Below are positions 53,191 to 64,000 of a DNA stretch of 64,000 nt, piece after piece. The first letter of the stretch is position 1, and each line of letters opens with the position of its first letter. The notes under the pieces are model-generated. The model saw nothing but the letters and a program-made list of their open reading frames with translations. It was not told the origin of the DNA and did not search any database. Source of the stretch: Corallochytrium limacisporum Hawaii (taxonomy: Eukaryota; Protista; Pluriformea); the NCBI GenBank assembly GCA_002811645.1, contig PDIP01000021.1, forward strand, positions 124,001 to 188,000. The letters run 5' to 3'. Made by a program: the position numbers and the translations under genes.

Positions 53191-56100
53191 CCTTGATGAC
53201 AGCAATTTGGAATAAAGGTGATGCACATGCTATGTACAGTATATCGATAAATCCAAGCATTTGTACATGTCAATCCGATGCGATGATGAATGTCTGGATG
53301 CAGGTGGATTGGCTATGGGTCAGACAACCCGTCCCACCTGCTCTTACCGGCTTACCCCATTCCCCCCCCCCTTTTCTTTCCGGCCCGCGGGCCCCCGCGG
53401 GCCCCTTTTCTCCGTTGTCGTGTTTGTCAAACGACCGCCGCCATGCCAAGGGTTCGGCCCGCCAAACCAACTCCTATTTCCTACTGTAGCGCGCCCGAGC
53501 GACCAACGACAGACAACTAGGTCACTCTGCTAGCTTATCAGTGTGTACCCCGCGAGGGGGTTTAGATTGGGGATGCGGAAAATGTCCCCAAGAAGAGTGG
53601 CTCACTTTTTTACTTGAGCAGCGGTCGAGGTCAGAAAATGGATCCCGATCCAGACTTTAAAATGTCTATAGACTTGTGCCCAGTTCTCCTTCGCCTGAAG
53701 ACTGTGTTGGGTAGTGAATGGAACCGGTGCTGCCACAACTTGCATAAACCAGCAACAGCCCGGCCAATGGGTCCCATCCGTCCGATAACACTCAGCTAAA
53801 TCCATTCTGCTACGCCGCCGATGTCCTGTCCAAACGGTCCCCGGCTCGCTCTCTGACTTATGCATTACAAGAATCTGCAGAAGTTTGCCCTGCGAGTACT
53901 CCTCCATCTCCCAAGCTGTCGGGGGAAAGCTCGTACTATGCAGAATGCTTACTCGGGTGGACGCGTAGGGCTTTTCGACATCTGCATGCAACCAGGAAGC
54001 CCGCAGCGTCGGCAGCAGAGAGCACCGGACTTGGGAACAAGGGGATAGGCAGGAAGTGGAACAAGTCCGGGATACCATGAGCTGTGAAAGATAGGAAGGC
54101 GTAGTCTTCATCTGCCAGTTTTAATTGTGCTCCACATATGAGATCTGTGGGAGGGGGGTTGGCAATTCGATCCCCGGTGATCGTCCGTGTGGACCCTGCC
54201 CGGCAGTACCTTGAAATCATCCAGATATTAAATGCGAGTACCCAAGTGCTAGTACCTTGGGAGGCATGTAGTACGTTTCGATGGCTTCATCATGAGCCAG
54301 AATGCTGAATTTTCCATTCGACTTGTGGGTTGGCTTGTGGTTGTGAGCAACAGTTCCCAAGTCACCAGGGCGTGGACACTATTGGTACTATCCTACCAGG
54401 GAGTAATGAATTTATGGAAGAGTGAACTGTGGAACATGTACATCTTCTGAATCAAATTGCTTCTCTCTGGTGCGAAAGGAGCCTGGAACCTGGAGGTCAT
54501 ACCGATTGCATTCCAACGGTTATCCTTTCATCCAGGCATGCCAGTTGCCTTCGAAAGCTGATGCGTAGCGCCAGCAGCGGAACACTGAGCAAGGAGGTGG
54601 AGTGCTTCTCAATACATACATCGCAACTGCAAACACCCTAGCCAGTGCTCCCCGCACAGGAATGGATCTTAAAATATATTTTTTCGTCCTGATCCCGCCC
54701 ATTCTTTTGTACTTTGCGGTGACAGTGTTTCTGTGATCTCTTGTCCAACACTCAGAACGCGCAAAATGCTGAACGGAGCGCATCATATAATTATGCAGGG
54801 AATTCATGTAACTGGGACGAACCCATTCGTAGAAGCATTGTGGCTTCCGAGAGAGCGCACAGAACACACCTGGATATCATCTAAATAGAAAATACATATT
54901 TTGCTGGAAACGGGGTACAGAACCAGTCAGAAATAAGCGAAAGAAGTGTAAAATGGACCCCAGACAACATAATGAAGGCTTCTTGTGTCATAGCAGTCTA
55001 ACTGGGAATTCTGATGATGATCACGGACCATCGTCGACAAAACTGTGGCATGACCGTGAAATTGCCTGCCCTGGCATTACGGCCTCTATATAGCTCACAT
55101 ATAAGGGTCTTTGGACATGTATAGACGTACCTGTAGATGCCCGCTGAGACACGCTGATCAGGCAGTTACACTTAAAGGGCATTTTGCAGGCGTGTATGCG
55201 GGATTTCGGCCAAGGGACCAAGTTCTTCGGAGTGCATGCACTGTACAAGCCGCAATTCGCCGCCATACCCACAGCGTCTGTCTTCCCACTCTACACACAT
55301 AGTTGCGACCACGGAAAGTCCATCTCCGTGGCCTACAAATATAACCGCTGCCCACCATTGTCGGAGATATATGTTGAATTTCATGTGACGTAGTGTGCAT
55401 AGTTCAAGGTTTAACGCGAACAATATTAACAAACTAGCAAAGGGAGTGGCCAGAATTCCCTGAGCACATAACTGTCCGCAACTCTAGGCATATCACAGAC
55501 ACGGATCTACTAATTCGCTACCCTGGTGAGCAATTAACAGCTTGCACTGCGCCTGCGCTGTTCCCTATTCCGCAACTGTCTCTTCGCATTTTCTTGGAGA
55601 GTAAGAGAAGCGAGATAAAACTCTGCTATGTGAGTGAGAAACAGGAGGATATCCTTTTCGACTGGTTCGATAATTTGGACATGGTATGGACAGATTGTTC
55701 GGTCGCCAATTTCTCAGTGCGGTGGTACGGCGAGGGGAAATTGCCAAAATAAAGAGGCTATCAGGCGAAGAGGATAGAATTGTTGCATGACTCGCCCACT
55801 GATTTAGTACTAAATTGCTACTGCCCCCCCCGGGGGGCTAGTGTCATACCCTTTTCCATTCCTGAACTGTGCAACACAGGAGTCCCCTGAATGTCTGAGA
55901 TTGGAGACGGCATGAGCGGTGTGAGGTGCTTACTATGGACTTCCTTGGACATGTTCCTATTCACAGCTACGCTGCTGTGAGAAAGCGTGTTGAACGAGAA
56001 ATCACGGGACAGGTCCGATTGGTTCTGCTCTACTGCTGAGGTGGACTAAAATCTCGGACTAACAAAGCGAACATTCGAAACTGAGCCTATCGAGCACCAA

Positions 56101-58917
56101 TGTCCGTCCCGGAGCGTAAGTTTACGCAAAGCGGAAAATAAGGACGTGTCCACAACAGACCTGAATGCTCTCGCGAGCGTTTAAGATCAGCAGAATTCCT
56201 TGTGTCCTGCCCCCGTGACTCCAACACATCAAGTAAAGTGTGGTACTATTGCAGGATGAGCTGTACAAAGCCGAGCTGTCCCCTTCCAATCTCCGAAGTG
56301 CGGCCGGAGCAAAATTCCCGGACGGCGTTCACCAGTTCACAGCACGCTCCCTGCAAACCACTCGGGAGCGGGAGCGGGAGCAGGGGGGCGGGATGTCCTC
56401 CCTGAGCCCTCCTCGTGCAAATGCAAAGCAAGCGCCGACGGAACGTACTTCCGCCCTCATAAGGAGTATAAGAGTACGGTGCAAGCAACGAGATAGCGGA
56501 CTTGCTATATGCCGCAAAGTCGCCTACCTCTTGTCTTCCCAGGTTCTCGGCTGTTTATATGTCATGCAAAGATCCCCCGGTTGCGGGGCAGTGTATGTAT
56601 ACTGCATTGTAAGGGGCTCGAAGGCGGCCATGAATAGAAAAACTGTGATGTTCTTTGTGGGGCCCGTGGTCAGGTTTGTCGACTTGCGAATCTCTTCCGG
56701 AGGCGAAGAGAATTTCCGTTGCCGGTCGAGTTTCTGCCCATGTTCACCTGGAAATCAATTGTCCCGAGTGTCCCATATCTGTTCTACGACCCTCGTTCCA
56801 TCATCAATACGGACAGTGAATGGACGGACTCGATATATTTAGGATGAAGTGGACGTGGCACTGTCCCAGCCGTCCAGATATTCAAGCTCATTCTCACTTG
56901 TTAGCAACTCACACGAATGAAAGTTTTGTATGCAGGCCCCTACCTTAATCGCATACCAACAATGGGTGCACAGTGCACATAGATTCGGACTAAAGTTTGC
57001 GTGGAACAATTCCATTGATGGTTGAATCGTGGGTCCAACCAGAAGGGGACTGCTCATGACGCTCCACCCCGTAGAAATTGTTTGTGTTCGGTACCTTCCA
57101 TGAACATCTCATCGGCCCAATAGACTGATGATCGGGGATCATGTGCGGTGAATTTATGTAGGGTGCGCTAGCATTTTAATCGGGGATCAGTTGTTGGGGT
57201 CAGTGTTCACTGGTGGATCGTTTATCTCCAACTACCCTGATTATGACAACACAGCCATCCACTTTTGATACATATTCGCCGGGAGAATAAATTTGGTACC
57301 GCACCTCTACAGATCCTTTCCAGTGAGCACCACCGTGAAGCAAATATGGAAGGTTGTGCAAGCCGATGCGCGAGTTCAAAAGGGCAAGCGGCCTGCAATT
57401 TGTGGGTGCAGGTGCTTCGAATCTCACACAGCAGAAAGAAAATGATGCAGAACAGCCTCAATCACAGCGCGAGCAGGAGTTTGTTCCACGTCAAGGTAGA
57501 TACGCCTTTATAGTTTAGCCTCGTCGGTTCAGGCGGATGTGTCCATCCCTGTTTCTTTCTACCGTGGTCCGATGGGGTAGTGATTGTTGCTGTTTCTCTT
57601 CCGGTGCATACTTTGTCCATACCCACCTTCCTTCTTCAAACTGCGGTCTCTCCGCCTAGGAGTCCGAGGCGTCGAAATCTAGCTTGCGGACTTGCCATTT
57701 GTGTCGCCCGTGCGCCATCTACCTCCCATTTTCAGAAACCCACTCGAACCGGGAATTCCCGATAAATGTGGCAAGCATCAAAATTTTATTATAGCAACCC
57801 TATCAGCGTTCATATCCGTCTGTAGTTTGGGAAGCAATGTAAACATACTGCGTACAGAGGCCATGCAGCCCTAAGGACAACCCCACCAAACTAGCCCAAG
57901 TGAGGCTGCCAGACACCACTCGACAGGAAAAAAGTTGTTAAAGTTGCAAAAAGGTGGTGAGAGTGGAAAGTGATAGGTGGAAAGCCGACTCTGCGAAGCG
58001 GTGCTGACTGCATAGTCGGAGAAAGTTGCGAGAGCCTCATGAGTCGCCAGCAGAAATTACAGAGGTGACCGCAAACGGACGTCAGTCAACCGAATTGGAT
58101 ATTCCAGACCTCTACTGAAGAAAGTCGATCTTCACCTCTGGACATCCCGGAAGCAGTGAGCCACTTGCGTGCGTGCAGATGACCCTGACAGTATGCTGAA
58201 ACGACTACTAGTTTTGGCATAATAAAGCGAGAGTGTCGAAGACAATGGGAACGGTGAAGCGACTGATAGAAAGATTTGATGGCAAGTTTCACACATCGCT
58301 TCATGCTTTCACACACCTCTAGTCTGGGATTCCGCCGATACTCATCTACAGTTCACAACTAATCAAAAGTAGAGCAAAACTTTTTACAAATGCAATTTTA
58401 GATCTTAAGTAATATGAATACTCATCTGTCACATGCTGCAATGGAGTGCACATGGTGGCTCACCAAACCCAAGAAATTTCTTGTAGTGTAGAAAGGAGGA
58501 TCTTGGTGCAAGATCACAACAGATTGCGGTGCGGTATATTCTCAAGTGCCACACTCCCCGCCTGCTCAACTGGCTCCTTTGGCGCAGAAATTCAAATGGG
58601 TGTCATGAGGGGTATGCCAGTCCATATCATAGGTACTACAAAATCTGAGCTGACAAGACTTTGCTAAGGTAGTACGCACGGATTCTTGCTTTGTGCTGGG
58701 GCCACCATTCACCGCTGGCAGGTGAACATCCAGGCCAGATATGCACCACTACAGACAACCCATCCTTATGAAATGTTCGCCGACGAAGTCGACTGTTTGC
58801 TTATAGAACCACACGGTAGTGAAGACGGAGAAACAAGCTTCGAATATTTCAAATAATATATTAATCCTACATGAATACAAAAATATGAATCAGAGGGAAA
58901 TAGAGGGGCAAATTGGC

Positions 58918-61900
58918 TCAGTAGCGGTCTCGATTGCGGCTTCTTCCGCCACCCCCACCTTGGCGGCCACCGCCACCTCGACGACTGCTGGCCTTACTGC
59001 GTCCACCACCTCCTCCAGAGCGACCGCCTCTTCCGCGGCTGTCATAGTCATCATCACCACGGGCCATTTCGTCATGGCCTCGTTTTCGGTTGTCCTTTTC
59101 CCTGGGTGGAGGAGGGGGAGGAAGGTCATCGCGGCCACCACGGCCACGATCACCAGGAGGCAGTCCCATGCGATCATCCAGAGAACCACGGCCCCGGTCA
59201 CCGCCACGACGATCGTCACGACGGTCATCCCTCCTTTCTCGGTCATCACGTCGGTCATGCATGTGTGGTACATGGTGTCCTCGTCGCTCATCGCGATCCA
59301 TACGATCATCACGGCGGTCCCGATAATGGTCACGGTCATGGTCACGGTCACGGTCACGGTCACGGTCACGGTCACGGTCACGGTCACGGTCATGGTCACG
59401 GTCACGGTCACGGTCACGGTCACGGTCACGGTCACGGTCACGGTCACGGTCACGGTCACGGTCACGGTCACGGTCACGGTCACGGTCACGGTCACGGTCA
59501 CGGTCACGGTCACGGTCACGAGGATCACTTCGTCTGTCGTCGCGACCTCCCCGCTCCTCTCTGGGCTTCGGGGATGGTCCACGACCATTTGCTTGGGACA
59601 TGGGCGCTCGGTCTCGGCGATCTGCACCACGGTTGCGATCCCGCGCATCGCGATCCGACTCCGTCCGCGCCGGTTGGGATGCACGGGACTTTGCTGCAGA
59701 CGTCTCTGCAGCCGTCATTGGCTTACTTGCCATAGGTTCCACCAACGTGGGTACTAGGTATGGTGCACGTGGAAGCAATTTCTCCCCTTTTGTGCGTTTT
59801 AACTCGTTCCGTGTGATATACTTGTAGTGATCCTTGCGGCTTCTGAGCGCACCCAGACAGCTGATGGCCATAGGCTTTAAGTCATCGTTGCGCTGGCTCA
59901 ATTCCTCAAACATAGTGGTAAAAACCTCTGCGTGGTCTGACAATGCTGGGAATGAGCCAGTAACGGCCCGAAGAATCAGCATTGTGTTCTTTCGCTCCAG
60001 CTTTGCGCCTGATGACAGACCACAGTACAGATTGTCTGCAACAATGTCTTGCCATCCCAGGACCTTGTCGCAGAATTCCATGTACGAGAGTCCTATCATT
60101 TTACCATCCCTGGGCACTAAGAACCCTTTCTTGTCCGCGTCCTTGTCATAGTGCTTGGCGTCAATGTGCCAGCGCATGACCTGCTTTAAGATTTCGTTCA
60201 GAAACAATCCGAAGCGGGTGGATTCGTTATGGGTGCGACTGGAAATTATGGGTTTCAGCCCATCACTGAAAACACAATCCAAAAAGTCGATCGCACTGAA
60301 GTTGGGGGTCCCGTTCCAGATCAGCAGGATTGCGAAGCGAGCGCAGAAGATGGCGTCTGCTGCACTGAAGAAAACGCGAGGGTATATGCAGCTCTGCAGG
60401 AAGGCGATGACGCTCTCCCGGGCCTCATTACCAACAAAGAAGGTGTCCCCCCCGATCTGGAGACGAAGGGCAGTTCCTTTATGGCGGCGGCTGTGCTCTG
60501 CCTTCTCCTGCTTCAGCGTCTCCACTTCACTCTGGATGCGTCTGGCACCTTTGGGTTGTCTCTGGAGCTGCTGTTCCCGTGATTTGATGGCTCGCTCGTA
60601 TAGAGCGCCGCTGAAGGCGACATCAGTCAGATTGAGCGACCAAAACGTAAAGTACAACCGCGGACTGATGTGCGTCCAGAGGTCTTCTGGTTCCATGCTC
60701 TGAATGGCGGATGCGTACTCAGTTTCGTAAACTTGATCTGCCGCTGCCACGTGCTTGCGCTCACGCTCGTCTTTAGCACCAGATGATCCGTCTTTGTCTG
60801 TTTTCATGTCGCTCTCGGTCAGTTGAGCCTCCGCAGCACATACCTCATGATGGATACGCCGGCGCGATAGGAAGAAAGCCGTATCGGTTGAGAGATTGTA
60901 GTCGGTGGAAAGTTCGATGGCAGTGGGGAAGACACCGATGTAACTCTGTGGCTCCAGACGACGGCAGAGGAAATCGATGTACAATATGAGGGTGTCCTGG
61001 CAATCGTCATACAGATTGGCTACGTTCACAGGGTCCAGATCTTGCTCTTGCTCTGAATACACTAGTGCTTCACGTTGTTGCGAGAGCAGAACAGCTAAAG
61101 TAAGAGCCAAGTTGGAGCTCATTAGTGCCTTCTTGAGTCGATCTGCCTTGCGCGCCACCGATTTTGACTGGTTAGTTGCAACTTCTGTCCGCAAGACATC
61201 CCCCGCACTGAGCATCAGAACCTTCTCAAACGTACCCGCTTGATCTTTCCGCAGCAGCAAGTCATCTACACCTGCTCCCGTCACTAGCAAGCCCTCTCTG
61301 ATGGCCCCGGTCATATTCTCCAATAGCTGCATCAAAATGATGGTATCGAATGCCTGGTGCTCCTTCAAGACATTGGCAATATACTGCAGGACACCTGGGA
61401 TCTCTACAACATAGTCGCGAATGGCAGCAGCGCAGAACTTCGCCAAATTTGTACCTGCAGTGTAGTCTTGCTTGTCGCGATTTGCTAGTGCTTCGATGGT
61501 CATGCAGATCAAGGCATCGAAGGAGACAGCCGGCAAGAATCTCAGAGAGCTTACGATTGGCGGAATAAAGTTCTCGTAACTCTGGATCTGGGACAGTAAC
61601 CGGCCGAACAAGATTCCCGGATGTCCTGTTGCGAGCTTGCCCATGGTTCGGCCACCTGTGGTTACCTGATTATCTCCGCTGAGGGTGTTGAGAAATCGTC
61701 GTGATGGCTTAAGCATTAAAACCTTACGAAGCTGGATCTCCGGACTCGTGCTGTCATCCAAGAATTGGTTCCACTTGCAGAATAGCCGGTATCGGCTCTG
61801 GTACGTCATCAACGTTAGGAGATCCCACAGCTCTTCATACAGGCCGCATGAAACTTCAAGAGTTGCAAAGAATGGAAGAATCGCGTGCTCTACCAACGCA

Positions 61901-63438
61901 TCCAAGACATCTTTGCATTTTGCGATTTCATCGCTGGTCAGCTTCTCTTGGGCAGGTTTTTTCATTCTGCTATCCACGACGTATGATCTATAGAAAGCGA
62001 TGACCAGGCGGATGCAACGGGCAACAAGCAAGGGATCATGTTCAATTAGATGTCCAAGCTGCAACAGCCAACGAATGATATGTCCTTCTCCTACAAAGTC
62101 CTTCCACGAAGACACTGTATCCGGCCAAGAGTCTTTGAGGACGACTCCAAATTTTTTGTGCTTCAAAGAAACTTCTTTGACAAGAACACCAGGTGGTGCG
62201 ATAGCCTTGTACAAAGGATTCAAGCAATACCGGCACACTTCACATACTGCAATGGCCAGTGGTGGGTATGGCAAAGCCACGCCCTCCGGCAAGGATTCGA
62301 TCAAGGACAGCGCGGTTTCGAACTCGTAAATATTCCACAACGCCTCGGCTACCCCCAGTCGTTGATTTGCACCATCCATGGTCAATGACCTCAGTAGTAC
62401 CTCCTCTCGCTCGACATCACCTGGCTCAAGCTTGTTACTCGCCGAGGCCATAGACGAAGGCGGTGCTGGTTGCGCAGGGGCTGCTTCTGTGTCCATCTTT
62501 GACTCATCTGTCTCCTGTGTCAGCGCTGGGGGAGCATCACTGGTCAGATTTGACAGTGTAGAGGCTGCTTGACGTGCATCCTTTAGTCGCAGCTGCATGA
62601 ACTTCTGTGCCTCAGAATCCGTCGGAGACAGGTGGGGCAAGATGTCACCCATATTGATACATCCTGCCCGGATCAAAAATGCCACCATGATGAACAAAGG
62701 TTCTTGTTCTTCATAGCCGAGTCGGTGTGTCATGGCAGTCTGGCATCGGAAGCCAACCATCTGCGCTAGAGTGCTCTTATCGTTCTGAAAATGATTTAAA
62801 ACCTCGATGTAGAATTCAATGCGCTTGGTGTTGATCTCGGCCGCCTGTAGAATCACATCCACGACTCTGTTCGGATCTAGAAAGAAGTATCCAACTAATG
62901 ACTCGATTTGCTCTACCATGATCTGTGGGGTTTGCTTCAGACCCGGTGAAGGTTCCGATAAGAGGTCGGTGAGGAGCTTGCTATATCCTTCACTTTCTTC
63001 TCTCAGTAGATTGTATTTTTGTTGCTTGTAGAACGCCTTTGTTCGCATCCTCACAAGGACCTTTTTGAAAGACTTTCCATCTGTGATGTCTGCCGCTTCC
63101 ACTAAGTCTTCATTTGCTTCCTCCTTTACAACTGTTGTTGGCAACCCGCACACTTCGATCAGGTACCGCAAGAACTCTGCCGCAGCTGACCTGAAATTAG
63201 CATGCTCTTTACCTGAGTAGAATTGGAACAAGGTACTTAGAGCGCTACAGACCAATGCCGCCACTTCTGCGTCTTTGATAATGTCTGCCTTAAATTGGTC
63301 CCGCCACAAGCCCTGAGGATCAGACTTGATATTCTGGTCAAGGTATTCTTGCAACTGAACAAGAACATGTTTCTCGTCGTCCAAGTCAGCGCTGTTCTTG
63401 CCTGCCTTTGCAGCATAATTTATTAGCAACTTATCCAT
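58918..63438 (-). CDS. THOC2: THO complex subunit 2
   Basis: YKQQKYNLLREESEGYSKL, SLVGYFFLDPNRVVDVIL, QIQSYENFI, LYFTFWSL, FLQSCIYPR..DAIFCARF and an RD-rich tail. Confidence 0.96.
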   Translation of the reverse strand: MDKLLINYAAKAGKNSADLDDEKHVLVQLQEYLDQNIKSDPQGLWRDQFKADIIKDAEVAALVCSALSTLFQFYSGKEHANFRSAAAEFLRYLIEVCGLPTTVVKEEANEDLVEAADITDGKSFKKVLVRMRTKAFYKQQKYNLLREESEGYSKLLTDLLSEPSPGLKQTPQIMVEQIESLVGYFFLDPNRVVDVILQAAEINTKRIEFYIEVLNHFQNDKSTLAQMVGFRCQTAMTHRLGYEEQEPLFIMVAFLIRAGCINMGDILPHLSPTDSEAQKFMQLRLKDARQAASTLSNLTSDAPPALTQETDESKMDTEAAPAQPAPPSSMASASNKLEPGDVEREEVLLRSLTMDGANQRLGVAEALWNIYEFETALSLIESLPEGVALPYPPLAIAVCEVCRYCLNPLYKAIAPPGVLVKEVSLKHKKFGVVLKDSWPDTVSSWKDFVGEGHIIRWLLQLGHLIEHDPLLVARCIRLVIAFYRSYVVDSRMKKPAQEKLTSDEIAKCKDVLDALVEHAILPFFATLEVSCGLYEELWDLLTLMTYQSRYRLFCKWNQFLDDSTSPEIQLRKVLMLKPSRRFLNTLSGDNQVTTGGRTMGKLATGHPGILFGRLLSQIQSYENFIPPIVSSLRFLPAVSFDALICMTIEALANRDKQDYTAGTNLAKFCAAAIRDYVVEIPGVLQYIANVLKEHQAFDTIILMQLLENMTGAIREGLLVTGAGVDDLLLRKDQAGTFEKVLMLSAGDVLRTEVATNQSKSVARKADRLKKALMSSNLALTLAVLLSQQREALVYSEQEQDLDPVNVANLYDDCQDTLILYIDFLCRRLEPQSYIGVFPTAIELSTDYNLSTDTAFFLSRRRIHHEVCAAEAQLTESDMKTDKDGSSGAKDERERKHVAAADQVYETEYASAIQSMEPEDLWTHISPRLYFTFWSLNLTDVAFSGALYERAIKSREQQLQRQPKGARRIQSEVETLKQEKAEHSRRHKGTALRLQIGGDTFFVGNEARESVIAFLQSCIYPRVFFSAADAIFCARFAILLIWNGTPNFSAIDFLDCVFSDGLKPIISSRTHNESTRFGLFLNEILKQVMRWHIDAKHYDKDADKKGFLVPRDGKMIGLSYMEFCDKVLGWQDIVADNLYCGLSSGAKLERKNTMLILRAVTGSFPALSDHAEVFTTMFEELSQRNDDLKPMAISCLGALRSRKDHYKYITRNELKRTKGEKLLPRAPYLVPTLVEPMASKPMTAAETSAAKSRASQPARTESDRDARDRNRGADRRDRAPMSQANGRGPSPKPREERGGRDDRRSDPRDRDRDRDRDRDRDRDRDRDRDRDRDRDRDRDRDRDRDRDRDHDRDRDRDRDRDRDRDRDHDRDHYRDRRDDRMDRDERRGHHVPHMHDRRDDRERRDDRRDDRRGGDRGRGSLDDRMGLPPGDRGRGGRDDLPPPPPPREKDNRKRGHDEMARGDDDYDSRGRGGRSGGGGGRSKASSRRGGGGRQGGGGGRSRNRDRY
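59328..59520. repeat. Coding hexanucleotide microsatellite (GGTCAC)n, about 32 units, encoding poly-(RD) in THOC2
   Basis: Near-perfect tandem array with two GGTCAT variant units (His in place of Arg). Confidence 0.97.
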
Positions 63439-64000
63439 AGTGACCCTATGTTTGGTCAGATCAAGTGCCCGTCCGCATATCTACAGAGCACTCGATCATA
63501 TCATGTCCACTCTGTCTTACTGCAAGGAGAAACTTCGTATCAAATTTTAACGCTATCTTCAAGACAATTAATACCACCACAGGGTACGTAGCAATGAGCT
63601 GCAAATTGTCCTGCAGTGTACCTGCGATAAACGGAAGTCCTAAGTCCTGCGCCTCCCATGAATGAGACCATGAGGGGCGTTTTACTTTGGGGTTCAGAAC
63701 AGACACTCCCAACAAAAACGGCACCAAGCGAAAAGGAGAAAAATTGCGCCGGTAGGGGGACAATCCGGCGACCTCGTCAGACAGTCTGTACGGACGGGGG
63801 ATACAATTAAAGAAAATTGGAGAGACAAATCACAAGGCTACTTTGAAGCGACAACAAACGAGCATTAAGGCGGGACAAAAGAGGGTGCGTCGGCGTCGTA
63901 TTGCGCATGTATTCAATTAGTCCCATATGATGTGATGTGGAATGTAGAGACTGTGATTTCGGTTCGAAATGATCTACCAGCTTGTTGTCAGTGCTGCTGC

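Noticed and set aside
53575-53592. GGAAAATGTCCCC resembling the RNase MRP P4 5' strand
   Set aside because: No matching 3' GGGGCU partner was found within a plausible distance.
56757-56838. Minus-strand peptide VRIDDGTRVVEQIWDT resembling a Rab GTPase switch region
   Set aside because: It is flanked by stops and has no P-loop, AGQE or NKxD nearby. This is probably chance, though a very old pseudogene cannot be excluded.
56240-56842. 200-aa ORF in the non-coding block
   Set aside because: It has a non-ATG start, no recognisable motif, and a Cys/Arg/Ser-rich composition typical of non-coding translation.
57735-57765. GGTTCGAGT T-loop-like motif on the minus strand (also GGTTCGAAA at 63961)
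   Set aside because: The T-stem does not pair and no cloverleaf can be built, so it is not a tRNA.
58819-59757. Long overlapping ORFs encoding poly-VT (312 and 264 aa) and poly-GH (209 aa)
   Set aside because: They are shadow frames of the stop-free THOC2 hexamer repeat, with no independent coding signal.
63461-63763. 100-aa ORF upstream of THOC2 as a possible extra exon
   Set aside because: The THOC2 N-terminus from 63438 is already of normal length, and the ORF shows no homology or splice signals.

Overview
Eukaryotic nuclear DNA from a gene-dense, almost intron-free genome. The gene set (cortactin-like, ankyrin-bearing TONSL, SIN1, HAUS4, FBXO7, CENP-K-like, squalene epoxidase) points to a unicellular opisthokont, probably a holozoan. 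Extreme intron poverty would fit a Corallochytrium-like organism, but that is inference. About 20 protein-coding genes are present, and I can support only one spliceosomal intron, in eIF3d. That intron carries a box C/D snoRNA whose D' guide matches the LSU rRNA site targeted by yeast snR64 and human SNORD74. E2F-type motifs (TTT[CG][CG]CGC) sit 150-400 bp upstream of the replication, spindle and kinetochore genes, and also upstream of two divergent ORFs that I assign as Moonraker-like and CENP-K-like. Genes usually tied to cilia or centrioles look truncated or divergent (ARL2BP fragment, MDH1B-like Rossmann-only ORF). There are three ORF-free stretches of about 11, 3.4 and 5.7 kb, one containing a 222-N gap, and recurrent poly-C/poly-G tracts in promoters. 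I found no tRNA, rRNA, CRISPR array or recognisable transposon. All homology calls come from remembered motifs, not from database searches.
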